Assembly: GCA_964016885.1 (NCBI GenBank) | Contig: OZ024743.1 | Location: forward strand, 82,088,001 to 82,152,000 | From: Eledone cirrhosa | Taxonomy: Eukaryota | Direction of reading: 5' to 3' | Length of the DNA stretch: 64,000 nt | Part shown: positions 50,001 through 62,000 of the stretch, one piece after another | How the letters are laid out: the number at the start of each line of letters is the position of its first letter | How positions within the stretch are numbered: position 1 is the stretch's first letter | The notes under the pieces: model-generated | The model's database searches: none | The model's input: the letters and a program-made list of their open reading frames with translations, nothing else | What the model was told of the DNA's origin: nothing | Translations under genes and position numbers: made by a program

Positions 50001-53000
50001 GGGTTACTGGAGTTATAGTGTTGTAGTGGTCCTGGGTCAGGTTGGGTTTCTGGAGTTATAGTGCTGTAGTGGTTCTGGGTCAGGTCGGGTTACTGGAGTT
50101 CTAGTGCTGCAGTGGTCCTGGGTCAGGTTAGGTTACTAGAGTTCTAGTGCTGTAGTAGTCCTGGGTCAGGTTAGGTTACTGGAGTTATAGTGTTGTAGTG
50201 GTCCTGGGTCAGGTTAGGTTACTGGAGTTATAGTGTTGTAGTGGTCCTGGGTCAGGTTAGGTTACTGGAGTTATAGTGCTGTAGTGGTCCTGGGTCAGGT
50301 CGGGTTACTGGAGTTCTAGTGTTGTAGTGATCCTGGTTCAGGTTGGGTTACTAGAGTTCTAGTGCTGTAGTGGTCCTGGGTCAGGTTAGGTTACAGGAGT
50401 TATAGTGCGGTAGTGGTCCTGGGTCAGGTTATGTTACTGGAGTTATAGTGCTGTAGTGGTCCTGGGTCAGGTTAGGTTACTGAAGTTATAGTGCTGTAGT
50501 GGTCCTGGGTCAGGTTAGGTTACTGGAGTTATAGTGCTGTAGTGGTCCTGGGTCAGGTTAGGTTACTGGAGTTATAGTGCTGTAGTGGTGCTTGCTCAGG
50601 TTAGGTTACTGGAGTTATAGTGCTGTAGTGGTCCTGGGTCAGGTTAGGTTACTGGAGTTCTAGTGCTGTAGTGGCCCTGGCTCAGGTTAGGTTACTGGAG
50701 TTATAGTGTTGTAGTGGTCCTGGGTCAGGTTAGGTTACTGGAGTTCTAGTGCTGTAGTGGTCCTGGGTCAGGTTGGGTTACTGGAGTTATAGTGTTGTAG
50801 TGGTCCTGGGTCAGGTCGGGTTACTGGAGTTCTAGTGCTGTAGTGGTCCTGGGTCAGGTTAGGTTACTAGAGTTCTAGTGCTGTAGTGGTCCTGGGTCAG
50901 GTTAGGTTACTGGAGTTCTAGTGCTGTAGTGGCCCTGGGTCAGGTTGGGTTACTGGAGTTATAGTGTTGTAGTGCTCCTGGGTCAGTCGGGATACTGGAG
51001 TTATAGTGCTGTAGTGGTCCTGGGTCAGGTCGGGTTACTGGAGTTCTAGTGCTGTAGTGGTCCTGGGTCAGATTGGGTTCCTGGAGTTATAGTCTTGTAG
51101 TGGTCCTGGGTCAGGTCGGGTTACTGGAGTTCTAGTGCTGTAGTGGTCCTGGGTCAGGTTAGGTTACTAGAGTTCTAGTGCTGTAGTGGTCCTGGGTCAG
51201 GTTAGGTTACTGGAGTTCTAGTGCTGTAGTGGTCCTGGGTCAGGTTGGGTTACTGGAGTTACAGTGTTGTAATGGTCCTGGGTCAGGTTGGGTTACTGGA
51301 GTTATAGTGCTGTAGTGGTCCTGGGTCAGGTTGTGTTACTGGAGTTATAGTGCTGTAGTGGTCCTGGGTCAGGTCGGGTTACTGGAGTTCTAGTGCTGTA
51401 GTGGTCCTGGGTCAGGTTGGGTTACTGGAGTTATAGTGTTGTAGTGGTCCTGGGTCAGGTCGGGTTACTGGAGTTCTAGTGCTGTAGTGGTCCTGGGTCA
51501 GGTTAGGTTACTAGAGTTCTAGTGCTGTAGTGGTCCTGGGTCAGGTTAGGTTACTGGAGTTCTAGTGCTGTAGTCGTCCTGGGTCAGGTCGGGTTACTGG
51601 AGTTCTAGTGTTGTAGTGATCCTGGTTCAGGTTGGGTTACTAGAGTTCTAGTGCTGTAGTGGTCCTGGGTCAGGTTAGGTTACAGGAGTTATAGTGCGGT
51701 AGTGGTCCTGGGTTCAGGTTATGTTACTGGAGTTATAGTGCTGTAGTGGTCCTGGGTCAGGTTAGGTTACTGAAGTTATAGTGCTGTAGTGGTCCTGGGT
51801 CAGGTTAGGTTACTGGAGTTATAGTGCTGTAGTGGTCCTGGGTCAGGTTAGGTTACTGGAGTTATAGTGCTGTAGTGGTGCTTGCTCAGGTTAGGTTACT
51901 GGAGTTATAGTGCTGTAGTGGTCCTGGGTCAGGTTAGGTTACTGGAGTTCTAGTGCTGTAGTGGCCCTGGCTCAGGTTAGGTTACTGGAGTTATAGTGTT
52001 GTAGTGGTCCTGGGTCAGGTTAGGTTACTGGAGTTCTAGTGCTGTAGTGGTCCTGGGTCAGGTTGGGTTACTGGAGTTATAGTGTTGTAGTGGTCCTGGG
52101 TCAGGTCGGGTTACTGGAGTTCTAGTGCTGTAGTGGTCCTGGGTCAGGTTAGGTTACTAGAGTTCTAGTGCTCTAGTGGTCCTGGGTCAGGTTAGGTTAC
52201 TGGAGTTCTAGTGCTGTAGTGGCCCTGGGTCAGGTTGGGTTACTGGAGTTATAGTGTTGTAGTGCTCCTGGGTCAGGTCGGGATACTGGAGTTATAGTGC
52301 TGTAGTGGTCCTGGGTCAGGTCGGGTTACTGGAGTTCTAGTGCTGTAGTGGTCCTGGGTCAGGTTGGGTTACTGGAGTTATAGTCTTGTAGTGGTCCTGG
52401 GTCAGGTCGGGTTACTGGAGTTCTAGTGCTGTAGTGGTCCTGGGTCAGGTTAGGTTACTAGAGTTCTAGTGCTGTAGTGGTCCTGGGTCAGGTTAGGTTA
52501 CTGGAGTTCTAGTGCTGTAGTGGTCCTGGGTCAGGTTGGGTTACTGGAGTTACAGTGTTGTAATGGTCCTGGGTCAGGTTGGGTTACTGGAGTTATAGTA
52601 CTGTAGTGGTCCTGGGTCAGGTTGTGTTACTGGAGTTATAGTGCTGTAGTGGTCCTGGATCAGGTCGGGTTACTGGAGTTCTAGTGCTGTAGTGGTCCTG
52701 GGTCAGGTTGGGTTACTGGAGTTATAGTGTTGTAGTGGTCCTGGGTCAGGTCGGGTTACTGGAGTTCTAGTGCTGTAGTGGTCCTGGGTCAGGTTAGGTT
52801 ACTAGAGTTCTAGTGCTGTAGTGGTCCTGGGTCAGGTTAGGTTACTGGAGTTCTAGTGCTGTAGTGGTCCTGGGTCAGGTTGGGTTACTGGAGTTATAGT
52901 GTTGTAGTGGTCCTGGGTCAGGTTGGGTTTCTGGAGTTATAGTGCTGTAGTGGTTCTGGGTCAGGTCGGGTTACTGGAGTTCTAGTGCTGCAGTGGTCCT

Positions 53001-56000
53001 GGGTCAGGTTAGGTTACTAGAGTTCTAGTGCTGTAGTAGTCCTGGGTCAGGTTAGGTTACTGGAGTTATAGTGTTGTAGTGGTCCTGGGTCAGGTTAGGT
53101 TACTGGAGTTATAGTGTTGTAGTGGTCCTGGGTCAGGTTAGGTTACTGGAGTTATAGTGCTGTAGTGGTCCTGGGTCAGGTCGGGTTACTGGAGTTCTAG
53201 TGTTGTAGTGATCCTGGTTCAGGTTGGGTTACTAGAGTTCTAGTGCTGTAGTGGTCCTGGGTCAGGTTAGGTTACAGGAGTTATAGTGCGGTAGTGGTCC
53301 TGGGTCAGGTTATGTTACTGGAGTTATAGTGCTGTAGTGGTCCTGGGTCAGGTTAGGTTACTGAAGTTATAGTGCTGTAGTGGTCCTGGGTCAGGTTAGG
53401 TTACTGGAGTTATAGTGCTGTAGTGGTCCTGGGTCAGGTTAGGTTACTGGAGTTATAGTGCTGTAGTGGTGCTTGCTCAGGTTAGGTTACTGGAGTTATA
53501 GTGCTGTAGTGGTCCTGGGTCAGGTTAGGTTACTGGAGTTCTAGTGCTGTAGTGGCCCTGGCTCAGGTTAGGTTACTGGAGTTATAGTGTTGTAGTGGTC
53601 CTGGGTCAGGTTAGGTTACTGGAGTTCTAGTGCTGTAGTGGTCCTGGGTCAGGTTGGGTTACTGGAGTTATAGTGTTGTAGTGGTCCTGGGTCAGGTCGG
53701 GTTACTGGAGTTCTAGTGCTGTAGTGGTCCTGGGTCAGGTTAGGTTACTAGAGTTCTAGTGCTGTAGTGGTCCTGGGTCAGGTTAGGTTACTGGAGTTCT
53801 AGTGCTGTAGTGGCCCTGGGTCAGGTTGGGTTACTGGAGTTATAGTGTTGTAGTGCTCCTGGGTCAGTCGGGATACTGGAGTTATAGTGCTGTAGTGGTC
53901 CTGGGTCAGGTCGGGTTACTGGAGTTCTAGTGCTGTAGTGGTCCTGGGTCAGATTGGGTTCCTGGAGTTATAGTCTTGTAGTGGTCCTGGGTCAGGTCGG
54001 GTTACTGGAGTTCTAGTGCTGTAGTGGTCCTGGGTCAGGTTAGGTTACTAGAGTTCTAGTGCTGTAGTGGTCCTGGGTCAGGTTAGGTTACTGGAGTTCT
54101 AGTGCTGTAGTGGTCCTGGGTCAGGTTGGGTTACTGGAGTTACAGTGTTGTAATGGTCCTGGGTCAGGTTGGGTTACTGGAGTTATAGTGCTGTAGTGGT
54201 CCTGGGTCAGGTTGTGTTACTGGAGTTATAGTGCTGTAGTGGTCCTGGGTCAGGTCGGGTTACTGGAGTTCTAGTGCTGTAGTGGTCCTGGGTCAGGTTG
54301 GGTTACTGGAGTTATAGTGTTGTAGTGGTCCTGGGTCAGGTCGGGTTACTGGAGTTCTAGTGCTGTAGTGGTCCTGGGTCAGGTTAGGTTACTAGAGTTC
54401 TAGTGCTGTAGTGGTCCTGGGTCAGGTTAGGTTACTAGAGTTCTAGTGCTGTAGTAGTCCTGGGTCAGGTTAGGTTACTGGAGTTATAGTGTTGTAGTGG
54501 TCCTGGGTCAGGTTAGGTTACTGGAGTTATAGTGTTGTAGTGGTCCTGGGTCAGGTCGGGTTACTGGAGTTCTAGTGTTGTAGTGGTCCTGGGTCAGGTT
54601 GGGTTACTGGAGTTCTAGTGTTGTAGTGGTCCTGGGTCAGGTTGGGTAACTGGAGTTCTAGTGTTGTAGTGGTCCTGGGTCAGGTTGGGTTACTGGAGTT
54701 ATAGTGCTGTAGTGGTCCTGGGTCAGGTTAGGTTATTAGAGTTCTAGTGCTGTAGTTGTCCTGGGTCAGGTTAGGTTACTGGAGTTATAGTGCTGTAGTG
54801 GTCATGGGTCAGGTCGGGTTACTGGAGTTCTAGTGTTGTAGTGATCCTGGGTCAGGTTGGGTTACTGGAGTTATAGTGTTGTAGTGGTACTGGGTCAGGT
54901 TGGATTACTGGAGTTATAGTGCTGTAGTGGTCCTGGCTCAGGTTAGGTTACTGGAGTTATAGTGCTGTAGTGGTCCTGGGTCAGGTTGGGTTGCTGGAGT
55001 TATAGTGCTGTAGTGGTCCTGGGTCAGGTTAGGTTACTGGAGTTATATTGCTGTAGTTGTCCTGGGTCAGGTTGGGTTACTGGAGTTATAGTGCTGTAGT
55101 GGTCCTGGGTCAGGTTAGGTTACTGGAGTTATAGTGCTGTAGTTGTCCTGGGTCAGGTTAGGTTACTGGAGTTATAGTGCTGTAGTGGTCCTGGGTCAGG
55201 TCGGGTTACTGGAGTTCTAGTGTTGTAGTGATCCTGGTTCAGGTTGGGTTACTAGAGTTCTAGTGCTGTAGTGGTCCTGGGTCAGGTTAGGTTACTGGAG
55301 TTATAGTGCTGTAGTGGTCCTGGGTCAGGTTAGGTTACTGGAGTTATAGTGCTGTAGTGGTGCTTGCTCAGGTTAGGTTACTGGAGTTATAGTGCTGTAG
55401 TGGTCCTGGGTCAGGTTAGGTTACTGGAGTTATAGTGCTGTAGTGGTCCTGGGTCAGGTTAGGTTACTGGAGTTATAGTGCTGTAGTGGTGCTTGCTCAG
55501 GTTAGGTTACTGGAGTTATAGTGCTGTAGTGGTCCTGGGTCAGGTTAGGTTACTGGAGTTCTAGTGCTGTAGTGGCCCTGGCTCAGGTTAGGTTACTGGA
55601 GTTATAGTGTTGTAGTGGTCCTGGGTCAGGTTAGGTTACTGGAGTTCTAGTGCTGTAGTGGTCCTGGGTCAGGTTGGGTTACTGGAGTTATAGTTTTGTA
55701 GTGGTCCTGGGTCAGGTCGGGTTACTGGAGTTCTAGTGCTGTAGTGGTCCTGGGTCAGGTTAGGTTACTAGAGTTCTAGTGCTCTAGTGGTCCTGGGTCA
55801 GGTTAGGTTACTGGAGTTCTAGTGCTGTAGTGGCCCTGGGTCAGGTTGGGTTACTGGAGTTATAGTGTTGTAGTGCTCCTGGGTCAGGTCGGGATACTGG
55901 AGTTATAGTGCTGTAGTGGTCCTGGGTCAGGTCGGGTTACTGGAGTTCTAGTGCTGTAGTGGTCCTGGGTCAGATTGGGTTACTGGAGTTATAGTGTTGT

Positions 56001-59000
56001 AGTGGTGCTGGGTCAGGTCGGGTTACTGGAGTTATAGTCTTGTAGTGGTCCTGGGTCAGGTCGGGTTACTGGAGTTCTAGTGCTGTAGTGGTCCTGGGTC
56101 AGGTTAGGTTACTGGAGTTCTAGTGCTGTAGTGGTCCTGGGTCAGGTTGGGTTACTGGAGTTACAGTGTTGTAATGGTCCTGGGTCAGGTTGGGTTACTG
56201 GAGTTATAGTGCTGTAGTGGTCCTGGGTCAGGTTGTGTTACTGGAGTTATAGTGTTGTAGTGGTCCTGGGTCAGGTCGGGTTACTGGAGTTCTAGTGCTG
56301 TAGTGGTCCTGGGTCAGGTTAGGTTACTAGAGTTCTAGTGCTGTAGTGGTCCTGGGTCAGGTTAGGTTACTGGAGTTCTAGTGCTGTAGTGGTCCTGGGT
56401 CAGGTTGGGTTACTGGAGTTATAGTGTTGTAGTGGTCCTGGGTCAGGTCGGGTTACTGGAGTTCTAGTGCTGTAGTGGTCCTGGGTCAGGTTAGGTTACT
56501 AGAGTTCTAGTGCTGTAGTGGTCCTGGGTCAGGTTAGGTTACTGGAGTTATAGTGTTGTAGTGGTCCTGGGTCAGGTTAGGTTACTGGAGTTATAGTGTT
56601 GTAGTGGTCCTGGGTCAGGTCGGGTTACTGGAGTTCTAGTGCTGTAGTGGTCCTGGGTCAGGTTAGGTTACTAGAGTTCTAGTGCTCTAGTGGTCCTGGG
56701 TCAGGTTAGGTTACTGGAGTTCTAGTGCTGTAGTGGCCCTGGGTCAGGTTGGGTTACTGGAGTTATAGTGTTGTAGTGCTCCTGGGTCAGGTCGGGATAC
56801 TGGAGTTATAGTGCTGTAGTGGTCCTGGGTCAGGTCGGGTTACTGGAGTTCTAGTGCTGTAGTGGTCCTGGGTCAGATTGGGTTACTGGAGTTATAGTGT
56901 TGTAGTGGTGCTGGGTCAGGTCGGGTTACTGGAGTTATAGTCTTGTAGTGGTCCTGGGTCAGGTCGGGTTACTGGAGTTCTAGTGCTGTAGTGGTCCTGG
57001 GTCAGGTTAGGTTACTGGAGTTCTAGTGCTGTAGTGGTCCTGGGTCAGGTTGGGTTACTGGAGTTACAGTGTTGTAATGGTCCTGGGTCAGGTTGGGTTA
57101 CTGGAGTTATAGTGCTGTAGTGGTCCTGGGTCAGGTTGTGTTACTGGAGTTATAGTGTTGTAGTGGTCCTGGGTCAGGTCGGGTTACTGGAGTTCTAGTG
57201 CTGTAGTGGTCCTGGGTCAGGTTAGGTTACTAGAGTTCTAGTGCTGTAGTGGTCCTGGGTCAGGTTAGGTTACTGGAGTTCTAGTGCTGTAGTGGTCCTG
57301 GGTCAGGTTGGGTTACTGGAGTTATAGTGTTGTAGTGGTCCTGGGTCAGGTCGGGTTACTGGAGTTCTAGTGCTGTAGTGGTCCTGGGTCAGGTTAGGTT
57401 ACTAGAGTTCTAGTGCTGTAGTGGTCCTGGGTCAGGTTAGGTTACTGGAGTTATAGTGTTGTAGTGGTCCTGGGTCAGGTTAGGTTACTGGAGTTATAGT
57501 GTTGTAGTGGTCCTGGGTCAGGTCGGGTTACTGGAGTTCTAGTGCTGTAGTGGTCCTGGGTCAGGTTAGGTTACTAGAGTTCTAGTGCTGTAGTGGTCCT
57601 GGGTCAGGTTAGGTTACTGGAGTTCTAGTGCTGTAGTGGTCCTGGGTCAGGTTGGGTTACTGGAGTTATAGAGTTGTAGTGGTCCTGGGTCAGGTCGGGT
57701 TACTGGAGTTCTAGTGCTGTAGTGGTCCCGGGTCAGGTTAGGTTACTAGAGTTCTAGTGCTGTAGTGGTCCTGGGTCAGGTTAGGTTACTGGAGTTCTAG
57801 TGCTGTAGTGGTCCTGGGTCAGGTTGGGTTACTGGAGTTATAGTGTTGTAGTGGTCCTGGGTCAGGTTGGGTTTCTGGAGTTATAGTGCTGTAGTGGTTC
57901 TGGGTCAGGTCGGGTTACTGGAGTTCTAGTGCTGCAGTGGTCCTGGGTCAGGTTAGGTTACTAGAGTTCTAGTGCTGTAGTAGACCTGGGTCAGGTTAGG
58001 TTACTGGAGTTATAGTGTTGTAGTGGTCCTGGGTCAGGTTAGGTTACTGGAGTTATAGTGTTGTAGTGGTCCTGGGTCAGGTTAGGTTACTGGAGTTATA
58101 GTGCTGTAGTGGTCCTGGGTCAGGTCGGGTTACTGGAGTTCTAGTGTTGTAGTGATCCTGGTTCAGGTTGGGTTACTAGAGTTCTAGTGCTGTAGTGGTC
58201 CTGGGTCAGGTTAGGTTACAGGAGTTATAGTGCGGTAGTGGTCCTGGGTCAGGTTATGTTACTGGAGTTATAGTGCTGTAGTGGTCCTGGGTCAGGTTAG
58301 GTTACTGAAGTTATAGTGCTGTAGTGGTCCTGGGTCAGGTTAGGTTACTGGAGTTATAGTGCTGTAGTGGTCCTGGGTCAGGTTAGGTTACTGGAGTTAT
58401 AGTGCTGTAGTGGTGCTTGCTCAGGTTAGGTTACTGGAGTTATAGTGCTGTAGTGGTCCTGGGTCAGGTTAGGTTACTGGAGTTCTAGTGCTGTAGTGGC
58501 CCTGGCTCAGGTTAGGTTACTGGAGTTATAGTGTTGTAGTGGTCCTGGGTCAGGTTAGGTTACTGGAGTTCTAGTGCTGTAGTGCTCCTGGGTCAGTCGG
58601 GATACTGGAGTTATAGTGCTGTAGTGGTCCTGGGTCAGGTCGGGTTACTGGAGTTCTAGTGCTGTAGTGGTCCTGGGTCAGATTGGGTTACTGGAGTTAT
58701 AGTCTTGTAGTGGTCCTGGGTCAGGTCGGGTTACTGGAGTTCTAGTGCTGTAGTGGTCCTGGGTCAGGTTAGGTTACTAGATTTCTAGTGCTGTAGTGGT
58801 CCTGGGTCAGGTTAGGTTACTGGAGTTCTAGTGCTGTAGTGGTCCTGGGTCAGGTTGGGTTACTGGAGTTACAGTGTTGTAATGGTCCTGGGTCAGGTTG
58901 GGTTACTGGAGTTATAGTGCTGTAGTGGTCCTGGGTCAGGTCGGGTTACTGGAGTTCTAGTGCTGTAGTGGTCCTGGGTCAGGTTGGGTTACTGGAATTA

Positions 59001-62000
59001 TAGTGTTGTAGTGGTCCTGGGTCAGGTTGGGTTACTGGAGTTATAGTGTTGTAGTGGTCCTGGGTCAGGTTGGGTTTCTGGAGTTATAGTGCTGTAGTGG
59101 TTCTGGGTCAGGTCGGGTTACTGGAGTTCTAGTGCTGCAGTGGTCCTGGGTCAGGTTAGGTTACTAGAGTTCTAGTGCTGTAGTAGTCCTGGGTCAGGTT
59201 AGGTTACTGGAGTTATAGTGTTGTAGTGGTCCTGGGTCAGGTTAGGTTACTGGAGTTATAGTGTTGTAGTGGTCCTGGGTCAGGTCGGGTTACTGGAGTT
59301 CTAGTGTTGTAGTGGTCCTGGGTCAGGTTGGGTTACTGGAGTTCTAGTGTTGTAGTGGTCCTGGGTCAGGTTGGGTAACTGGAGTTCTAGTGTTGTAGTG
59401 GTCCTGGGTCAGGTTGGGTTACTGGAGTTATAGTGCTGTAGTGGTCCTGGGTCAGGTTAGGTTATTAGAGTTCTAGTGCTGTAGTTGTCCTGGGTCAGGT
59501 TAGGTTACTGGAGTTATAGTGCTGTAGTGGTCCTGGGTCAGGTCGGGTTACTGAAGTTCTAGTGTTGTAGTGATCTTGGGTCAGGTTGGGTTACTAGAGT
59601 TCTAGTGCTGTAGTGGTCCTGGGTCAGGTTAGGTTACAGGAGTTATAGTGCTGTAGTGGTCCTGGGTCAGGTTATGTTACTGGAGTTATAGTGCTGTAGT
59701 GGTCCTGGGTCAGGTTAGGTTACTGAAGTTATAGTGCTGTAGTGGTCCTGGGTCAGGTTAGGTTACTGGAGTTATAGTGCTGTAGTGGTCCTGGGTCAGG
59801 TTAGGTTACTGGAGTTATAGTGCTGTAGTGGTGCTTGCTCAGGTTAGGTTACTGGAGTTATAGTGCTGTAGTGGTCCTGGGTCAGGTTCGGTTACTGGAG
59901 TTATAGTGCTGTAGTGGTCCTGGGTCAGGTCGGGTTACTGGAGTTCTAGTGCTGTAGTGGTCCTGGGTCAGGTTGGGTTACTGGAGTTATAGTGTTGTAG
60001 TGGTCCTGGGTCAGGTTGGGTTACTGGAGTTCTAGTGTTGTAGTGGTCCTGGGTCATGTTAGGTTACTGGAGTTATAGTGCTGTAGTGGTCCTGGGTCAG
60101 GTCGGGTTACTGGAGTTCTAGTGTTGTACTGGTCCTGGGTCAGGTTGGGTTACTAGAGTTATAGTGCTGTAGTGGTCCTGGGTCAGGTTAGGTTACTGGA
60201 GTTCTAGTGTTGTAGTGGTCCTGGGTCAGGTTAGGTTACTGGAGTTATAGTGTTGTAGTGGTCCTGGGTCAGGTTAGGTTACTAGAGTTCTAGTGTTGCA
60301 GTGGTCCTGGGTCAGGTTAGGTTACTGGAGTTCTAGTGTTGTAGTGGCCCTGGCTCAGGTTAGGTTACTGGTGTTCTAGAGCTATAGTGACCCTGGGTCA
60401 GGTTAGTTTACTGGAGTTCTAGTGTTGTAGTGGTCCTGGGTAAGGTTGAGTTACTGGAGTTATAGTGCTGTAGTGATCCTGGGTCAGGTTGGGTTACTGG
60501 AGTTCTAGTGTTGTAGTAGTCCTGGGTCAGGTTAGGTTACTGGAGTTCTAGTGTTGTAGTGGTCCTGGGTCAGGTTGGGTTACTGGAGTTCTATTGTTGT
60601 AGTGGTCCTGGGTCAGGTTGGGTTACTGGAGTTCTAGTGTTGTATTGGTCCTGGGTCAGGTCGGGTTACTGGAGATCTAGTGTTGTAGTGGTCCTGGGTC
60701 AGGTTGGGTTACTGGAGTTATAGTGCTGTAGTGGTCCTGGGTCAGGTTGGGTTACTGGAGTTCTAGTGTTGTAGTGGTCCTGGGTCAGGTCAGGTTACTG
60801 GAGTTCTAGTGTTGTAGTGGTCCTGGGTCAGGTTGGGTTACTGGAGTTATAGTACTGTAGTGGTCCTGGGTCAGGTTGGGTTATTGGAGTTCTAGTGTTG
60901 TAGTGGTCCTGGGTCAGGTGGGGTTACTGGAGTTCTAGTGTTGTAGTGGTCCTGGGTCAGGTTGGGTTACTGGAGTTCTAGTGTTGTAGTGGTCCTGGGT
61001 CAGGTTGGGTTACTGGAGTTCTAGTGTTGTAGTGGTCCTGGCTCAGGTTGGGTTACTGGAGTTATAGTGCTGTAGTGGTCCTGGGTCAGGTTGGGTTATT
61101 GGAGTTCTAGTGTTGTAGTGGTCCTGGGTCAGCTCGGGTTACTGGAGTTCTAGTGTTGTAGTGGTCCTGGGTCAGGGTTGGTTACTGGAGTTCTAGTGTT
61201 GTAGTGGTCCTGGGTCAAATTGGGTTACTGGAGTTCTAGTGTTGTAGTGGTCCTGGGTCAGGTTGGGCTACTGGAGTTCTAGTGTTGTATTGGTCCTTGG
61301 TCAGGTCGGGTTACTGGAGTTCTAGTGTTGTAGTGGTCCTGGGTCAGGTTGGGTTACTGGAGTTCTAGTGTTGTATTGGTCCTGGGTCAGGTCGGGTTAC
61401 TGGAGTTCTAGTGTTGTCGTGGTCCTGGGTCAGGTTGGGTTACTGGAGTTATAGTGCTGTAGTGGTCCTGGGTCAGGTCGGGTTACTGGAGTTCTAGTGC
61501 TGTAGTGGTCCTGGGTCAAGTTAGGTTACTGGAGTTATAGTGCTGTAGTGGTCCTGGGTCAGGTTAGGTTACTGGAGTTATAGTGCTGTAGTGGTCCTGG
61601 GTCAGGTTAGGTTACTGGAGTTATAGTGCTGTAGTGGTGCTTGCTCAGGTTAGGTTACTGGAGTTATAGTGCTGTAGTGGTGCTGGGTCAGGTTAGGTTA
61701 CTGGAGTTCTAGTGCTGTAGTGGCCCTGGGTCAGGTTGGGTTACTGGAGTTACAGTGTTGTAGTGGTCCTGGGTCAGGTTGGGTTACTGGAGTTCTAGTG
61801 CTGTAGTGGTCCTGGTCAGGTTGGGTTACTGGAGTTATAGTGTTGTAGTGGTTCTGGGTCAGGTCGGGTTACTGGTGTTCTAGTGCTGTAGTGGTCCTGG
61901 GTCAGGTTGGGTTACTGGAGTTATAGTGTTGTAGTGGTCCTAGGTCAGGTTGGGTTACTGGAGTTATAGTGCTGTAGTGGTCCTGGGTCAGGTCGGGTTA